NCBI RefSeq assembly: GCF_006345805.1
Contig: NW_021824754.1
Location: 1-18,208 of the forward strand
Source of the DNA: Octopus sinensis
Lineage: Eukaryota
Length of the DNA: 18,208 nt
Direction: 5' to 3'
Both the position numbers and the translations under genes were made by a program. How positions within the stretch are numbered: position 1 is the first letter of the stretch; the number at the start of each line of letters is the position of its first letter. Under the pieces are notes generated by a model, which worked only from the letters and a program-made list of their open reading frames with translations, searched no databases and was not told where the DNA came from. Below are positions 7,827-18,208 of the stretch, piece by piece.

Positions 7827-8710
7827 CTGTATGCATGCATGTATGTATGTATGTATCTATCTATGTATGTGCAGATTTGTATACTTTATGTATGTATTCT
7901 CAAGCATATAGTTACATATCTAGATATGCTCATATATATTTGAATGATAAACTTCCGGAATGTATGCATACATGCATGCATGTATGTATGTATGTATGTA
8001 TGTATGTATGTATGTATGTATGTATGTATGTATGTATGTGTGCGCGTATTTATGTATGTATGTATGGATGGATGGATGGTTGGATGGATGGATGGATGGA
8101 TGTGCGTTTGTATATATGTATGTAGGTATGTTCGTACGAATGTAACTACGTACGTATATACATACGAATGTATATATACGAATGTATGTATACATGCATG
8201 TCGGTAGTTATATATGTTTTAATAGTATTATTAATTACTTCTACATCTGGCGAGTCCATTAACCTAGTTCGTGTCGACCCGATCGCATTTTCGAATCAGT
8301 TCGTCAGTTGAACACAGAGACCTATCAGCTTTCATACTGCTTGCGCGGAAAACGAACGGTGTTACCTGAGTAAAGGTGTAATACATACTCTTGTTAGGGC
8401 ACTAGTTTAGGGCAAAAACACACTAATATTACGCAGATGGAAAGAGAAACCTATTAACGATCGTGTTATAGGTGTTGACATGTTGTTGGATGGTTGTGTA
8501 GTGGAGTAGAGAATTTTGAAGAGAGCGGGGTTCTCATTAATTTGAGATATCCTTTCCGTAATACGTGTTAATTAATGGTTATTATAGGGTGTGACTGCTT
8601 GTAAAAATGTAAGTGTTGAAGCTCAGTGTTGATTAGACCTGTGTATGTGAGACAGAGAACAAATTATAATTACATACATGCATACATACAACCTCTTTGT
8701 CGTATATAAT

Positions 8711-8897
8711 GGTGGCGAGCTGGCAGAATCGTTCGTTCCGCTGGACAAAATGCCGCCGAGGTTGGCCTTGCCTTTCATTCTTTCGGGGGTGGAGGTCGAT
8801 GAAATAAGTACCAGTCGAGCACGGGTGGGGGGGTCGATGTAATCGACTATCCTTCTTACCCCCAAATCTCAGGTTTTTGTGCTTATAGCAGAAAGGA

Positions 8898-8898
<1 letters not shown>
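8711..8898 (+). mobile_element. SINE-B-related monomer with an internal deletion of the B-box region
   Basis: GGTGGCGAGCTGGCAGAATCGTT head, GCCTTTCATTCTTTCGGGG...GTCGATGAAATAAGTACCAG core and (AAT)n tail. Relative to 978-1208 it jumps from AAATGC to CGCCGAGG, and its 3' part differs from the trimer. Confidence 0.85.
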
Positions 8899-8928
<30 letters not shown>

Positions 8929-8980
8929 TAATAATAATATAATAATAATAATTATAGTAGTAGTAGTAGTAGTAGTAGTA

Positions 8981-9024
<44 letters not shown>

Positions 9025-9030
9025 ATAATA
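8898..9030. repeat. (AAT)n(TAG)n compound microsatellite
   Basis: Direct reading; the same block recurs at 9558-9686. Confidence 0.95.
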
Positions 9031-9557
9031 TTAATCTCATGGCTTTTGATCTTAACTGATTGGAAGTGTTATTGTTTTGTCTTGGTATAAAAGATGGGCT
9101 ACAGCAAATATTCTGTTCAATACCACAGATTTGCTTGCCAGTTGTTTGACCTTAACCAGTTGAGCATGTCCCTTAGTGGCTGACGATATGTGCATCTCTG
9201 ATCACGAACAGAAGTAGTGGGGGAGCATCATAGCCATGTCTTGAGAGGGATTCTTTGGGATTTTAATTATTCGCTTCTGGAATCATAGGTGTTTTGTTCA
9301 TCACCTTAAACAAACCTTATTCAGGGCCCACACAGAAGTGTGGGATAGGCTACTCGACCTGAAGAAAAGTCTAACTGGGTCCCACCTGCAAGGTCATGTG
9401 CTGTTTATCTTGACATGAGATCACTATGTCGCGCACATATGGTTGTGATGCATGTGCCTGGTGTACCCTTACCAGACGCGTAGTCATGATGGGTATATTG
9501 GGCTTCGTATATTTGTACTCTAGTGTCAGTTTGAGGGTATGCGCTGCTCTCTCACTC

Positions 9558-9609
<52 letters not shown>

Positions 9610-9612
9610 TTA

Positions 9613-9680
<68 letters not shown>

Positions 9681-10213
9681 ATAATATTAATCTCATGGCT
9701 TTTGATCTTAACTGATTGGAAGTGTTATTGTTTTGTCTTGGTATAAAAGATGGGCTACAGCAAATTTCTGTTCAATACCACAGATTTGCTTGTCAGTTGT
9801 TTGACCTTAACCAGTTGAGCATGTCCCTTAGTGGCTGACGATATGTGCATCTCTGATCACGAACAGAAGTAGTGGGGGAGCATCATAGCCATGTCTTGAG
9901 AGGGATTCTTTGGGATTTTAATTATTCGCTTCTGGAATCATAGGTGTTTTGTTCATCACCTTTAAACAAACCTTATTCAGGGCCCACACAGAAGTGTGGG
10001 ATAGGCTACTCGACCTGAAGAAAAGTCTAACTGGGTCCCACCTGCAAGGTCATGTGCTGTTTATCTTGACATGAGATCACTATGTCGCGCACATATGGTT
10101 GTGATGCATGTGCCTGGTGTACCCTTACCAGACGCGTAGTCATGATGGGTATATTGGGCTTCGTATATTTGTACTCTAGTGTCAGTTTGAGGGTATGCGC
10201 TGCTCTCTCACTC

Positions 10214-10266
<53 letters not shown>
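9031..10266 (+). repeat. Tandem duplication, period 656 bp (9031-9557 and 9687-10213, each followed by (AAT)n); unit is probably the 3' end of a non-LTR element
   Basis: The two copies differ at only three positions I could find in about 527 bp. Identical ORF pairs are offset by 656. Each unit ends CTCTCTCACTC(AAT)n. Confidence 0.92.
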
Positions 10267-10268
<2 letters not shown>

Positions 10269-10522
10269 GGAACTAATGCTAATGGAAATTGAAAAAATGT
10301 GGTATCTCAAGGCGACTACAGTACCAGTGATTGTAGGATCTCTAGGAATGATAAAAAAAGGTACTGAAACCTATTTGAAAATGATTCCAGGCTTACCATC
10401 CCTACAGGAAGTGCAAAAAATCGTATTAACTGGAACGGCTCATGTACTGAGAAGAGCACTATCGCTGTGAAAATAACATCCATCCATGAATTTATTTATT
10501 TATTAATTTTTAAATACATATT

Positions 10523-10525
<3 letters not shown>
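10267..10525 (+). mobile_element. R4/Dong-like (RLE-type) LINE extreme 3' end in (AAT)n
   Basis: LLMEIEKMWYLKATTVPVIVGSLGMIKKG...LQEVQKIVLTGTAHVLRRAL* is the characteristic C-terminus after the restriction-like endonuclease motif of R4/Dong elements. Short 3' UTR, with (AAT)n on both sides. Confidence 0.85.
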
Positions 10526-10593
<68 letters not shown>

Positions 10594-10594
10594 A

Positions 10595-11300
10595 ATGGAG
10601 AGATTATAAGATTCAAGGATGGATTATAAGAAAGCCTATGCATAATCCCACACTCATGGATAAGTGAATGTTTGAGTATATTCCGTATTGCTGACAACAT
10701 ACGGGAATTAATAAGCTTTAGCATGAAGAAATGGAAAGTAAATCTCTACTCAGGTGACACAGTCTTAAGGTAAGTTAATGTCAAGAGAGGAATTTTCCAA
10801 GTAGACTCGGTATCCCCCTTAACATCTGTCTTATCTTTTAATCCACCTCAGTTTGGTATTAAGGAAGACAAAGGCATGGTAACTGTTCAGAAATAGCAAG
10901 GGAAAAATTAACCATTTGCTCTACGTGGACGATCTGAAGCCTTTTAGTAAGAATGAAAAAGAGACAGGTTCCTTAATAAAGACTGTAAAACTCTTCGGCC
11001 AAGATACAGACGTGGAATTTGGCATAGATAAGGATGCAACATTAGCCATGAAAAGGGGACAGGTAGTCAACAGTGAAGACATCCAATTACCAGATGGCCG
11101 GACATTAAAATCTTTGAAAGGAGGAGAGATTTATAAGTATGTAGGAGTATTAGAATCTGACAGAGTACTAACTATAGAAATGAAAACGAAAATTGAGGAG
11201 TATATCAGAAGAGTGAGGAAGCTAATGAAGTCAGAACTAAATGATTCGAATCTAGTGAAGGCTGTAAATACTTGGGCGGTATCGTTACTTAGATACTCAG
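10595..11300 (+). mobile_element. R4/Dong-like LINE reverse transcriptase fragment (pseudogenised)
   Basis: Across frameshifts and a stop: DYKKAY..PHSWISECL..F.I...I..SMKKW..., KRGIFQVDSVSPL (cf. GIFQGDSLSPL), INHLLYVDDLK (catalytic YxDD), EFGIDK, YKYVGVLE, VKAVNTWAVSLLRYS. Confidence 0.92.
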
Positions 11301-11474
11301 ATTTCTCCCTTCCGTATTATAATAATTTTAATGCAACATAAATTATTTTACATATTTGCTCTAATATGCATGCTATGCATTGTACAAAACAATTGTATAA
11401 TTACAAAGCTCATCAGATCACCAGAATATCACGATTACACCAATGAAAGACGAGGACACACCAATTTAAACATT

Positions 11475-11620
11475 TTCTTTCAATTCTATGTACCAAATCT
11501 TGTCACAAGGCTATGGTTGGCCTGAGGCTATAGTTCGAAGACACATGCCTAACGTACCACGGCAGTGGGATTGAAAACGGAACCATGTGGTTAAGAAGCC
11601 GACTCCGCACTACACATCCA
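11475..11620 (-). mobile_element. SINE-A 5' half, diverged
   Basis: TACCAAATC..TCACAAGGCT..GAGGCTATAG..GAAGACAC..GCAGTGGGATTGAA..GGAACCATGTGGTT matches 6590-6730. Confidence 0.82.
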
Positions 11621-11630
11621 CACACACTCG

Positions 11631-11836
11631 TTAAATCGTTGATCTCTACACATTTTTTCTCTCTCCGTTTCTTCGTTCTCTCTTCATTTTCCCTCTCTCA
11701 TCCCTTTCTGTCGAAGAGCGTAGGCACGAAACGTCAAAGACCTTCCCATTTTTCCCGAACGTCAAACTAATAGACTTGTTTGTATTCCCTCACGTGTCTT
11801 CGCCTTTTGTTTTTTGTGTATATTTGAACTATACAT
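11631..11836 (+). mobile_element. Short interspersed element with a hammerhead-like motif, copy 2
   Basis: Homologous to the reverse complement of 2142-2341; contains CCTTT-CTGTCGA-A-GAGC-GTAG-GCAC-GAAACGT-C-AAAG. Confidence 0.6.
11703..11741 (+). ncRNA. Minimal type I hammerhead ribozyme-like motif (variant core CUGUCGA, GUC triplet)
   Basis: Same architecture as 2243-2281, with the canonical GUC triplet and one mismatch in stem II. Confidence 0.42.
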
Positions 11837-11915
11837 TTATGGTAGTTCGTCTGTGATGATTGTTCGTCCGTCAAATTTTAGGGAGACCTAGCAACTGCCA
11901 AATAAATATATAAGT

Positions 11916-12270
11916 AAACGCGAGCACTCAGAGAGCGCAAACATCCGCTAAGGCAATACCAACCTCATCTCTACGATTAGCCAAAGATGATTTTGAAAAT
12001 GAGAATATCTGAAATAAACTCGATTGCTCTCACAAATGTGAATACTAAAAACGAACCCGACTACTATCAAAAATTAAGTAAAAGCAAAACAGGAAAAATA
12101 CTCCAGAATGCTTGTCCGGTACCAGATCGATCCCAAAATCTAATCAGTTCGTGCCAGTTATGAGGCCAAACATCCCTGAAAGTGTCATTCGAATCTATCC
12201 AGCGGTTCTTGAGATATCTTATCCACAGACAAACACGACTGAAAACAATACCTCCGCCTTCGCTAAGAGA
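11916..12270 (+). mobile_element. Helentron-associated/DINE-1-like non-autonomous element
   Basis: 5' AAACGCGAGCACTCAGAGAGCGCAAACATCCGCTAAGGC, core GAATCTATCCAGCGGTTCTTGAGATATCTTATCCACAGACAAAC, and 3' GAAAACAATACCTCCGCCTTCG. The motif AC(A/C)TCCGC occurs near both ends. The layout resembles DINE-1/HINE elements (from memory), but the second arm of the 3' hairpin is missing. Confidence 0.55.
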
Positions 12271-12625
12271 AAAATAAAGAAGATAAATGCCTGAAGTAAA
12301 CATGTTTGTCCGAAAAGTTTGTATCGTAGAACCAAAACGGCCACTGTCGGGTTAGTATCACAAGGGTTACAGCAATCTATTTTTCATTGTTTTTTTTTTT
12401 CTGCGGATTTTTGGAAAACCCACCAAGGGGAAACTTTAAATATGAAAGTAGGGCTTAGGAACTCCGTCATTGGCCGAAATTTCTGCGATATTTGTAAGGG
12501 TTAGCAATGCGGAATCTACATTTGATTAGAAATTAAATGCCTTGCTGTCTTACTTGTTCATTCACCACGCAACACGTAGGTGGAGTAAGCAAGCGAGTGG
12601 GTGAGTGAGTGAGTGAAGGAAGGAA

Positions 12626-12710
12626 TGAGTGGAGGTATGAGCAGAGGAGGTGAGTGGAGGTATGAGCAGAGGAGGTGAGTGGAGGTATGAGCAGAGGAGG
12701 TGAGTGGAGG
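12626..12710. repeat. 25-bp purine-rich minisatellite, 3.4 perfect copies (TGAGTGGAGGTATGAGCAGAGGAGG)
   Basis: Units start at 12626, 12651, 12676 and 12701. Confidence 0.95.
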
Positions 12711-12904
12711 CAACGACAAGGGTTTATTTATAGGGTTTACAAATATAACTCGCATGCCGACGTGTCTTTGTCTGTAAGAATCTTCTGCGAAACTTCCTCA
12801 TTGCTTAAAAACCAAGAAGACTGAAACGAAACACCGCAGAGATTTATATAGTTCCTCCTCCTGCTACCCGCCTCCACTCCAACACCTGGCAACGAATAAC
12901 ATAT

Positions 12905-13817
12905 GTGCACACACACACTTACACAAACACACTTACACAAACACGCACACATACTCATACACATACATATGCACGCACACACAAACACACACACTTACAC
13001 AAACACGCGCACATACTCATACACATACACACGCACGCACACACAAACACACACACTTACACAAACACGCACGCATACTCATACACATACATATGCACGC
13101 ACACACATACACACACACTTACACAAACACGCACACATACTCATACACATACACACGCACGCACACACAAACACACACACTTACACAAACACGCACGCAT
13201 ACTCATACACATGCACGTACACACACACTTACACAAACACGCACACATACTCATACACATACATATGCACGCACACACGCACGTACTCACGCACACACAT
13301 ATGTCACACACATACACACGCACGCGCACACATACAGATACACCCTAACCCTGGCAACGAATAACATGTGCACACAGACACACGCACACATACTCATACA
13401 TACACACGTACACACACACAACACACACACGCACACATACACACGCGCGCACACATACACACACACACGCACACATACACACATGCACACAGGCACACAC
13501 ACACATGCACACACACACATGCACACACACATACGCATGCGTGCGCACACACACGTATGTTTACTCACACACACACATATTATAAACACATAAACACACG
13601 TACACCCACGTATGCACATGCGTATATACAGGTACGTGCATAGATATATATACACAGGCACTCCCGTGTGAATACATGCACGGGCTCTCTCTCTCTCTCA
13701 TTCTCTCTCTAACACACACACACATACACACGTGAGCAAACACATTCACATATGAACACGCAGATACACACATATGTACACATACACACATACACATGCA
13801 TATGTACACATACATAT
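12905..13817. repeat. Degenerate (CA)n field containing a 62-bp minisatellite (about 12932-13280)
   Basis: The anchor CTTACACAAACAC recurs at 12932, 12994, 13056, 13118, 13180 and 13228. Confidence 0.93.
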
Positions 13818-14071
13818 ACTCTTTTACTTGTCTCAGACTGGGGCCATGCTGGAGCCATTTTAGTCAAAGAAATCGACCCCAGGACTTATCCTTTGTAATC
13901 ATGGTACTTATTCTATCACTCTCCTCTGTCGAACCGCTAGGTTACGGGAACGTAAACACACCAACGTCGATTGTCAAGCGATGGGGTGGCGGGACAAACA
14001 CAGACACAAAGGCACACTCCTAAATACATATACACACACAACACACATACATACATACACACACACACACA

Positions 14072-14130
<59 letters not shown>

Positions 14131-14270
14131 GGGCTTCTTTCAGTTTCCGTCTATCAAATCCACTCACAAGGCTTTGGTCGACCCGAGGCTATAGTAGAAG
14201 ACACTTGCCCAAGTGCCATGCAGTGGGACTGAACCCGGAGCCATGTGATTAGTAAAAAGGTTCTTACCAC
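13818..14270 (-). mobile_element. Near full-length SINE-A with expanded internal (CA)/(TA) microsatellite
   Basis: Colinear with 6328-6742; internal repeat at about 14020-14126. Confidence 0.92.
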
Positions 14271-14386
14271 GCACACACACGCACACGCATACATACATGC
14301 ATATGTACGCATATGGATACAAACGAACGCACATACACGCGTGCATACACACACACACTCACACATAAACACGCATGCACATATTT

Positions 14387-14420
<34 letters not shown>

Positions 14421-14492
14421 GCGCACACACACTCATGTACAGACATACACAAATGCTCACACACATACGCACATATGTACACACATACACAC
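14271..14492. repeat. Degenerate (CA)n
   Basis: Direct reading. Confidence 0.92.
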
Positions 14493-14496
14493 GATT

Positions 14497-14630
14497 TATC
14501 ATCATCATCGTCGTCGTCGTCATCATCATCATCATCGTCGTCATCATCATCATCGCCATCATCATTATCATCATCGCCGTCGTCGTCATCATCGTCATCA
14601 TCATCATCATCGTCGTCGTCATCACTATTA
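14497..14630. repeat. (TCA/TCG)n trinucleotide repeat
   Basis: Direct reading. Confidence 0.95.
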
Positions 14631-14804
14631 CCATTAATATCACCAGAAATAAAATGATCGCAACCTCGACTTGGTAGATATAGCAGCCAAATTTCCCTCA
14701 ACCACATCCTATCCTCTTATAAATGCATGGACACAGAGCATAATGTGGGTGATGATACATTATACCTATAAAAGACGCGATGGTCACGATTGGGACGCCT
14801 TAGA

Positions 14805-15225
14805 CCACAGCAGCAGCAACAACCATAACAACGACAAAGGTTCCAACACCGCAATGCCAACCAGCAACCGTCAACAATACCTTCGCCACCACCAACACAC
14901 TCAACACCACCAAAACCATCACCAAAACTACCAGCGCCACCACCGCTGCCGCCGCTACCACCACCGCTGCCGCCGCTACCACCACCGCCAACACCACCGC
15001 CAACACCACCACCGCCACCATAGCCACCACCACCACCACCACTACCACCACCACCTCCATGGTTACAAGCACTGCCAACGCTAATAACCCATCCACCATC
15101 GACAGTAACGGCATATTTACCACAAGCTCCGCGAACACCAACACACCAACACAAACATCAACATCATCAATACCATCACCACTACCATCACAACAACTCT
15201 ATAAACACTACCTCCACCACCATAT
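14805..15225. repeat. (CAC/CAA/CCG) low-complexity trinucleotide region with a 21-bp sub-repeat (CACCACCGCTGCCGCCGCTAC x2)
   Basis: Direct reading. Confidence 0.9.
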
Positions 15226-15252
15226 ACATCCATCATGTGCTGAGCAACTTAC

Positions 15253-15314
15253 TAATCATCGAAATTTTGATATTAAAGATGAGACAACAGAGCAGGAATT
15301 CAGATGCTGTCTGG
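15253..15314 (-). other. Candidate 62-nt internal exon of an unknown host transcript
   Basis: Minus strand: about 40-nt T-rich tract ending CTTTCTATTTTTGTATTTCAG, then 62 nt, then A|GTAAGT. One frame is open (QTASEFLLCCLIFNIKISMI). Splice signals only; no homology recognised. Confidence 0.3.
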
Positions 15315-15679
15315 CTGAAATACAAAAATAGAAAGAAAAAAAACAACAACAAAAAAAACCCAAAGCAGAAAACATTTCATTCCATTGCGAATGTCCGTCC
15401 CTTCGACTTGCTAAGCCCCCACACCCCACCCCACCCCACCCCACCCATCCACCAGATCATAACCAGGACCATAGACTTCATCCTAAGCCACCAGACCTAA
15501 AGATAGATCCAGGAAGTAACTGCATTGTTTTTGATATAGTGAAGTGTGAATTATCACTGCGGTGTATCACAAGGAGACACTCTCTCTCTGCTGTTGTTTA
15601 TACTGGCAAAGAGCCTTCTTATCATTCTGTTTATTTATTTGCTTATCAATCGTTTATTTATTTATTTGTTCAGGAAATC

Positions 15680-15985
15680 GGAACGGTACGGAATTGGCTC
15701 ACAGGAAGACAAGAACACCAATTGACACGTAAGCTCTTTGTAGACAACCTGAAAGTATATGATATGCCAAAAAAATGTTAGCGATACGAAGAACAGCCTT
15801 GACCTGCTTTCAACAGTCTCAAAGGATATAAAGATGATGAATATGCCAAGATAAATGCGCATGCGTATTTGTAAAACGAAAGAAAGTTTCGAGACAGTCT
15901 TGAGACAGTAAAAAAACCTCTATCATTGGTCAAACTGTTTCGCCGATATCCGACAGAGATTGTTACCGGTACCTTAGGATGGACG
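15680..15985 (+). mobile_element. Old R4/Dong-like RT relic
   Basis: Across frameshifts: QLTRKLFVDNLKVY (cf. HLLYVDDLK at 10912), LSTVSKDIKM, QDKCACVFVKRKKV (cf. DKCA.L..KRG.V) and DCYRYLRM (cf. YKYLG). Motif order matches the 10916-11160 fragment. Confidence 0.7.
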
Positions 15986-15999
15986 GATGGGGACGGGCA

Positions 16000-16320
16000 G
16001 ACAGACACACATACACACGCGCACGCACGCACACACACATATACACATACACACACACACATACACACACAAACACAAGCACGCGCACACCACACACATA
16101 TATATACACACGTACACATACACACACACATTCACGCACACATACACATACACTTATGCACAAGGACGGACGACGTACATATACATATACACACACATAC
16201 ACACACGTACACATACACATACAAACACAAGCACGCACACACATACAGACACACACACTCATATACACACACATACACACGCACTTATGCACGAGGACGC
16301 ACGTACACACACACACACAT
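16000..16320. repeat. Degenerate (CA)n with internal duplication
   Basis: CACTTATGCAC(A/G)AGGACG recurs at about 16151 and 16282; ACAAACACAAGCACGC recurs at about 16069 and 16221. Confidence 0.88.
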
Positions 16321-17307
16321 AGGCGTAGGCATGTCTGTGTGGTTAAGAAGTTCAATTCCATTGCACGGTAACTTGGGCATGTCTCCTATTAAAACCAAGG
16401 GCCGCCTAATGCCTTGTGAGTGAATTTGGTAAAAGGAAACTGTTTGGAAGCCCATCGTGTGTATGTGTGTGTGTACGCGAGTGTATTTGTGTGTGTACAC
16501 GTTTGTATGTATGTGTATATACGTGTGTATGTGTGTGTACGCATATGTATGTGTGTGTGTACACGTTTGTATGTGTGTGTGTACACGTCTGCATGTGTGT
16601 ATGTACACGTGTGTATGTGTGTGAGTACACGTTTGTAAGTGTGTGTATGCGTGCGTGCGTGAATGCATGTATGTGTATGCGTGAGTTGTGTGTGCATATG
16701 TGTGCGTTCCTCCGTGCTTGCTTGTCTCTGCGTGTATGTGTGTGTGTGTGTGTGCGTGCGTGTGTATAAGCGTGCGTGCGTGTATGTACATGCGTGCACG
16801 TGTGGGTGTGTGTGTGTATGTGTGTGTTTGTGAAGGCGTGTGGCTTAGTGGTTAAGACATTCATCCCACAGTCATAAGGTCATGAATATGATCCCCGGCA
16901 GCGCGTTACATCCTTGAGCAAGACACTTTATTTCACGTTGCTGCCGTCCACTCAGTTAGCAAAAATGAGTCATACCTGCAATTCGAAAGGAGCCAGCCTC
17001 GTCATATTCCGTGTCACGCTGGATAAGAATGTATGTGGCGTACTCAGCCACTTGCACTTCCATTTCGCGAGCAAGCTGTTCCGTTGATCGAATCAACGTG
17101 AACACTAGTCGTCGCAGCTGACGGAGTGCCAGACTTTTGTCACCACCACCAACGCTTGACAATCGGTGTTGGTTATGATAGCAGTTCGATAAAAAAAATT
17201 AAAAGACTGATAGGATAAGTACTCGACTTAGAAATAATAAATATTAGAATCGATTCAAATTGGTGTTCGACTATGATCGCAGTCCAATGATTGAAACAAC
17301 TCAAAAG
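16321..17307 (+). mobile_element. SINE-A split by an expanded (GT)n tract and a nested SINE-C
   Basis: 5' half at 16321-16457 (AGGCGTAGGCATGTCTGTGTGGTTAAGAAG...GGAAGCCCATCG), (GT)n at 16457-16829, and 3' half at 17135-17307 (CGCTTGACAATCGGTGTTGG...GATAGGATAAGTACT...GCAGTCCAATGATTGAAACAA). Confidence 0.75.
16830..17130 (+). mobile_element. tRNA-derived CORE-like SINE-C
   Basis: GTGAAGGCGTGTGGCTTAGTGGTTAAG (A box), decayed B box, TCCTTGAGCAAGACACTTTA (CORE-like), and 3' end GTCGTCGCAGCTGACGGAGTGCC. Confidence 0.85.
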
Positions 17308-17340
17308 CCAGAAAAATATACTTGCATGCATACATACATA

Positions 17341-17852
17341 CGGTAAATCCTCGAGTATAATCCGCCCTTGAGTATAATACACAGGGGATTTTTAGGGGGT
17401 TGTACCTCTGAAAAACCTAAACCTTGTGTATAATACGCATCCCTTCTCTAACTTGAGTCGTGCGTAATTAAGCCAGCAGCACCCAGTCGAACAAACACTT
17501 CCGCGCATGCGTAATACAATAATGGTGATGTTCTTAACTGTTATATGGGAATGTAAATATGTTTACAAATTGTTTTTGTTACATGTTATTCTGTGTTCTG
17601 AATACTTTTATTTTAATAAATGTTGCTTACTGCAAGTTATATATGGCTCTTCATTGCTTCCAGGCTTGGCTTAAGGTATTTTCGCGCCCAACATCACAAA
17701 ATGCGTCTGAATAAACATTGCCGGACAGCAAATAGAGACTCGGACATTGCTTAGAAAATATCTTTCATCTTTAACCTCGTATATAGTACGCACTAGGGAT
17801 TTTGACCTTTAAATTTTGGGGGAAAATGCGGATTATACTCGAAGATTTACGG
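17341..17852. mobile_element. Tc1/mariner-superfamily MITE (Tc2/pogo-like CCGTA ends)
   Basis: 25-bp TIRs CGGTAAATCCTCGAGTATAATCCGC / GCGGATTATACTCGAAGATTTACGG (2 mismatches), TA on both sides, repeated subterminal GTATAATAC-like motifs, inserted in (TACA)n. Confidence 0.9.
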
Positions 17853-18208
17853 TACATACATACATACATACATACATAAATACATACATACATGCATATC
17901 GAACCTCTACGTAGTTACACCAGTTGCTAGTAACAACAGTGAATCAAAATTTCTATTCTTAGAATAGAAGGACATTTGATAGTGAAGTTAGGCATGTAAT
18001 GCGCTGATAAACTTTGCTGGAATTGTTTTATTTTGGGTCCTGTTCAGTCACGGCTGACTTGAGATTGAACAACAACATCAACAGTCATGCATGAAGATGC
18101 CTAAATAACCATATCCACAAATATAAACACAAATACGTATTTTAAATATATACCACATGTTTAGAGATGCGGAGTAAATAGATGTTTGTTCAGTTACAAT
18201 AAGACGTC

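Larger units (their letters stand above)
7006..8200. repeat. (TATG)n/(GGAT)n microsatellite field interrupted by two insertions
   Basis: TATG arrays at about 7020-7085, 7592-7715 and 7827-8065, and GGAT at about 8065-8101. Confidence 0.93.

Noticed and set aside
9180-9213. CTGACGA...GAAC as a hammerhead in the duplicated unit
   Set aside because: GAAA is absent and no consistent stems I-III form.
10765-10776. AAG|GTAAGT perfect splice donor
   Set aside because: It lies inside the decayed RT fragment, where it coincides with an in-frame stop; no matching acceptor evidence.
14264-15154. Poly-Asp, poly-His, poly-Ser and Gly-rich ORFs resembling structural proteins
   Set aside because: Trinucleotide repeats open in most frames, with no unique coding flank or splice support.

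Overview
AT-rich, repeat-saturated eukaryotic non-coding DNA (intergenic or a long intron). The repeat set resembles what I remember of cephalopod (Octopus-like) genomes; that assignment is inference, not a database result. I see no intact protein-coding gene, and most supplied ORFs are translations of microsatellites or SINEs. Contents: about 12 tRNA-derived SINE copies from four families (my labels SINE-A to D), a 5'-truncated RTE LINE end, three R4/Dong-like LINE fragments, a Merlin-like MITE (8-bp TSD), a Tc1/mariner (Tc2/pogo-type) MITE, a Helentron/DINE-1-like element, a decayed initiator tRNA-Met, a 656-bp tandem duplication, and many micro- and minisatellites. The most unusual signals are (i) a head-to-tail SINE trimer within one apparent TSD, whose identical junctions map to a hairpin loop in the tRNA-derived head (possible circular-RNA or template-jump amplification), and (ii) short microsatellite-associated elements with minimal hammerhead-ribozyme-like motifs that have a non-canonical CUGUNGA core. 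Both are hypotheses from manual reading and need computation and experiments.
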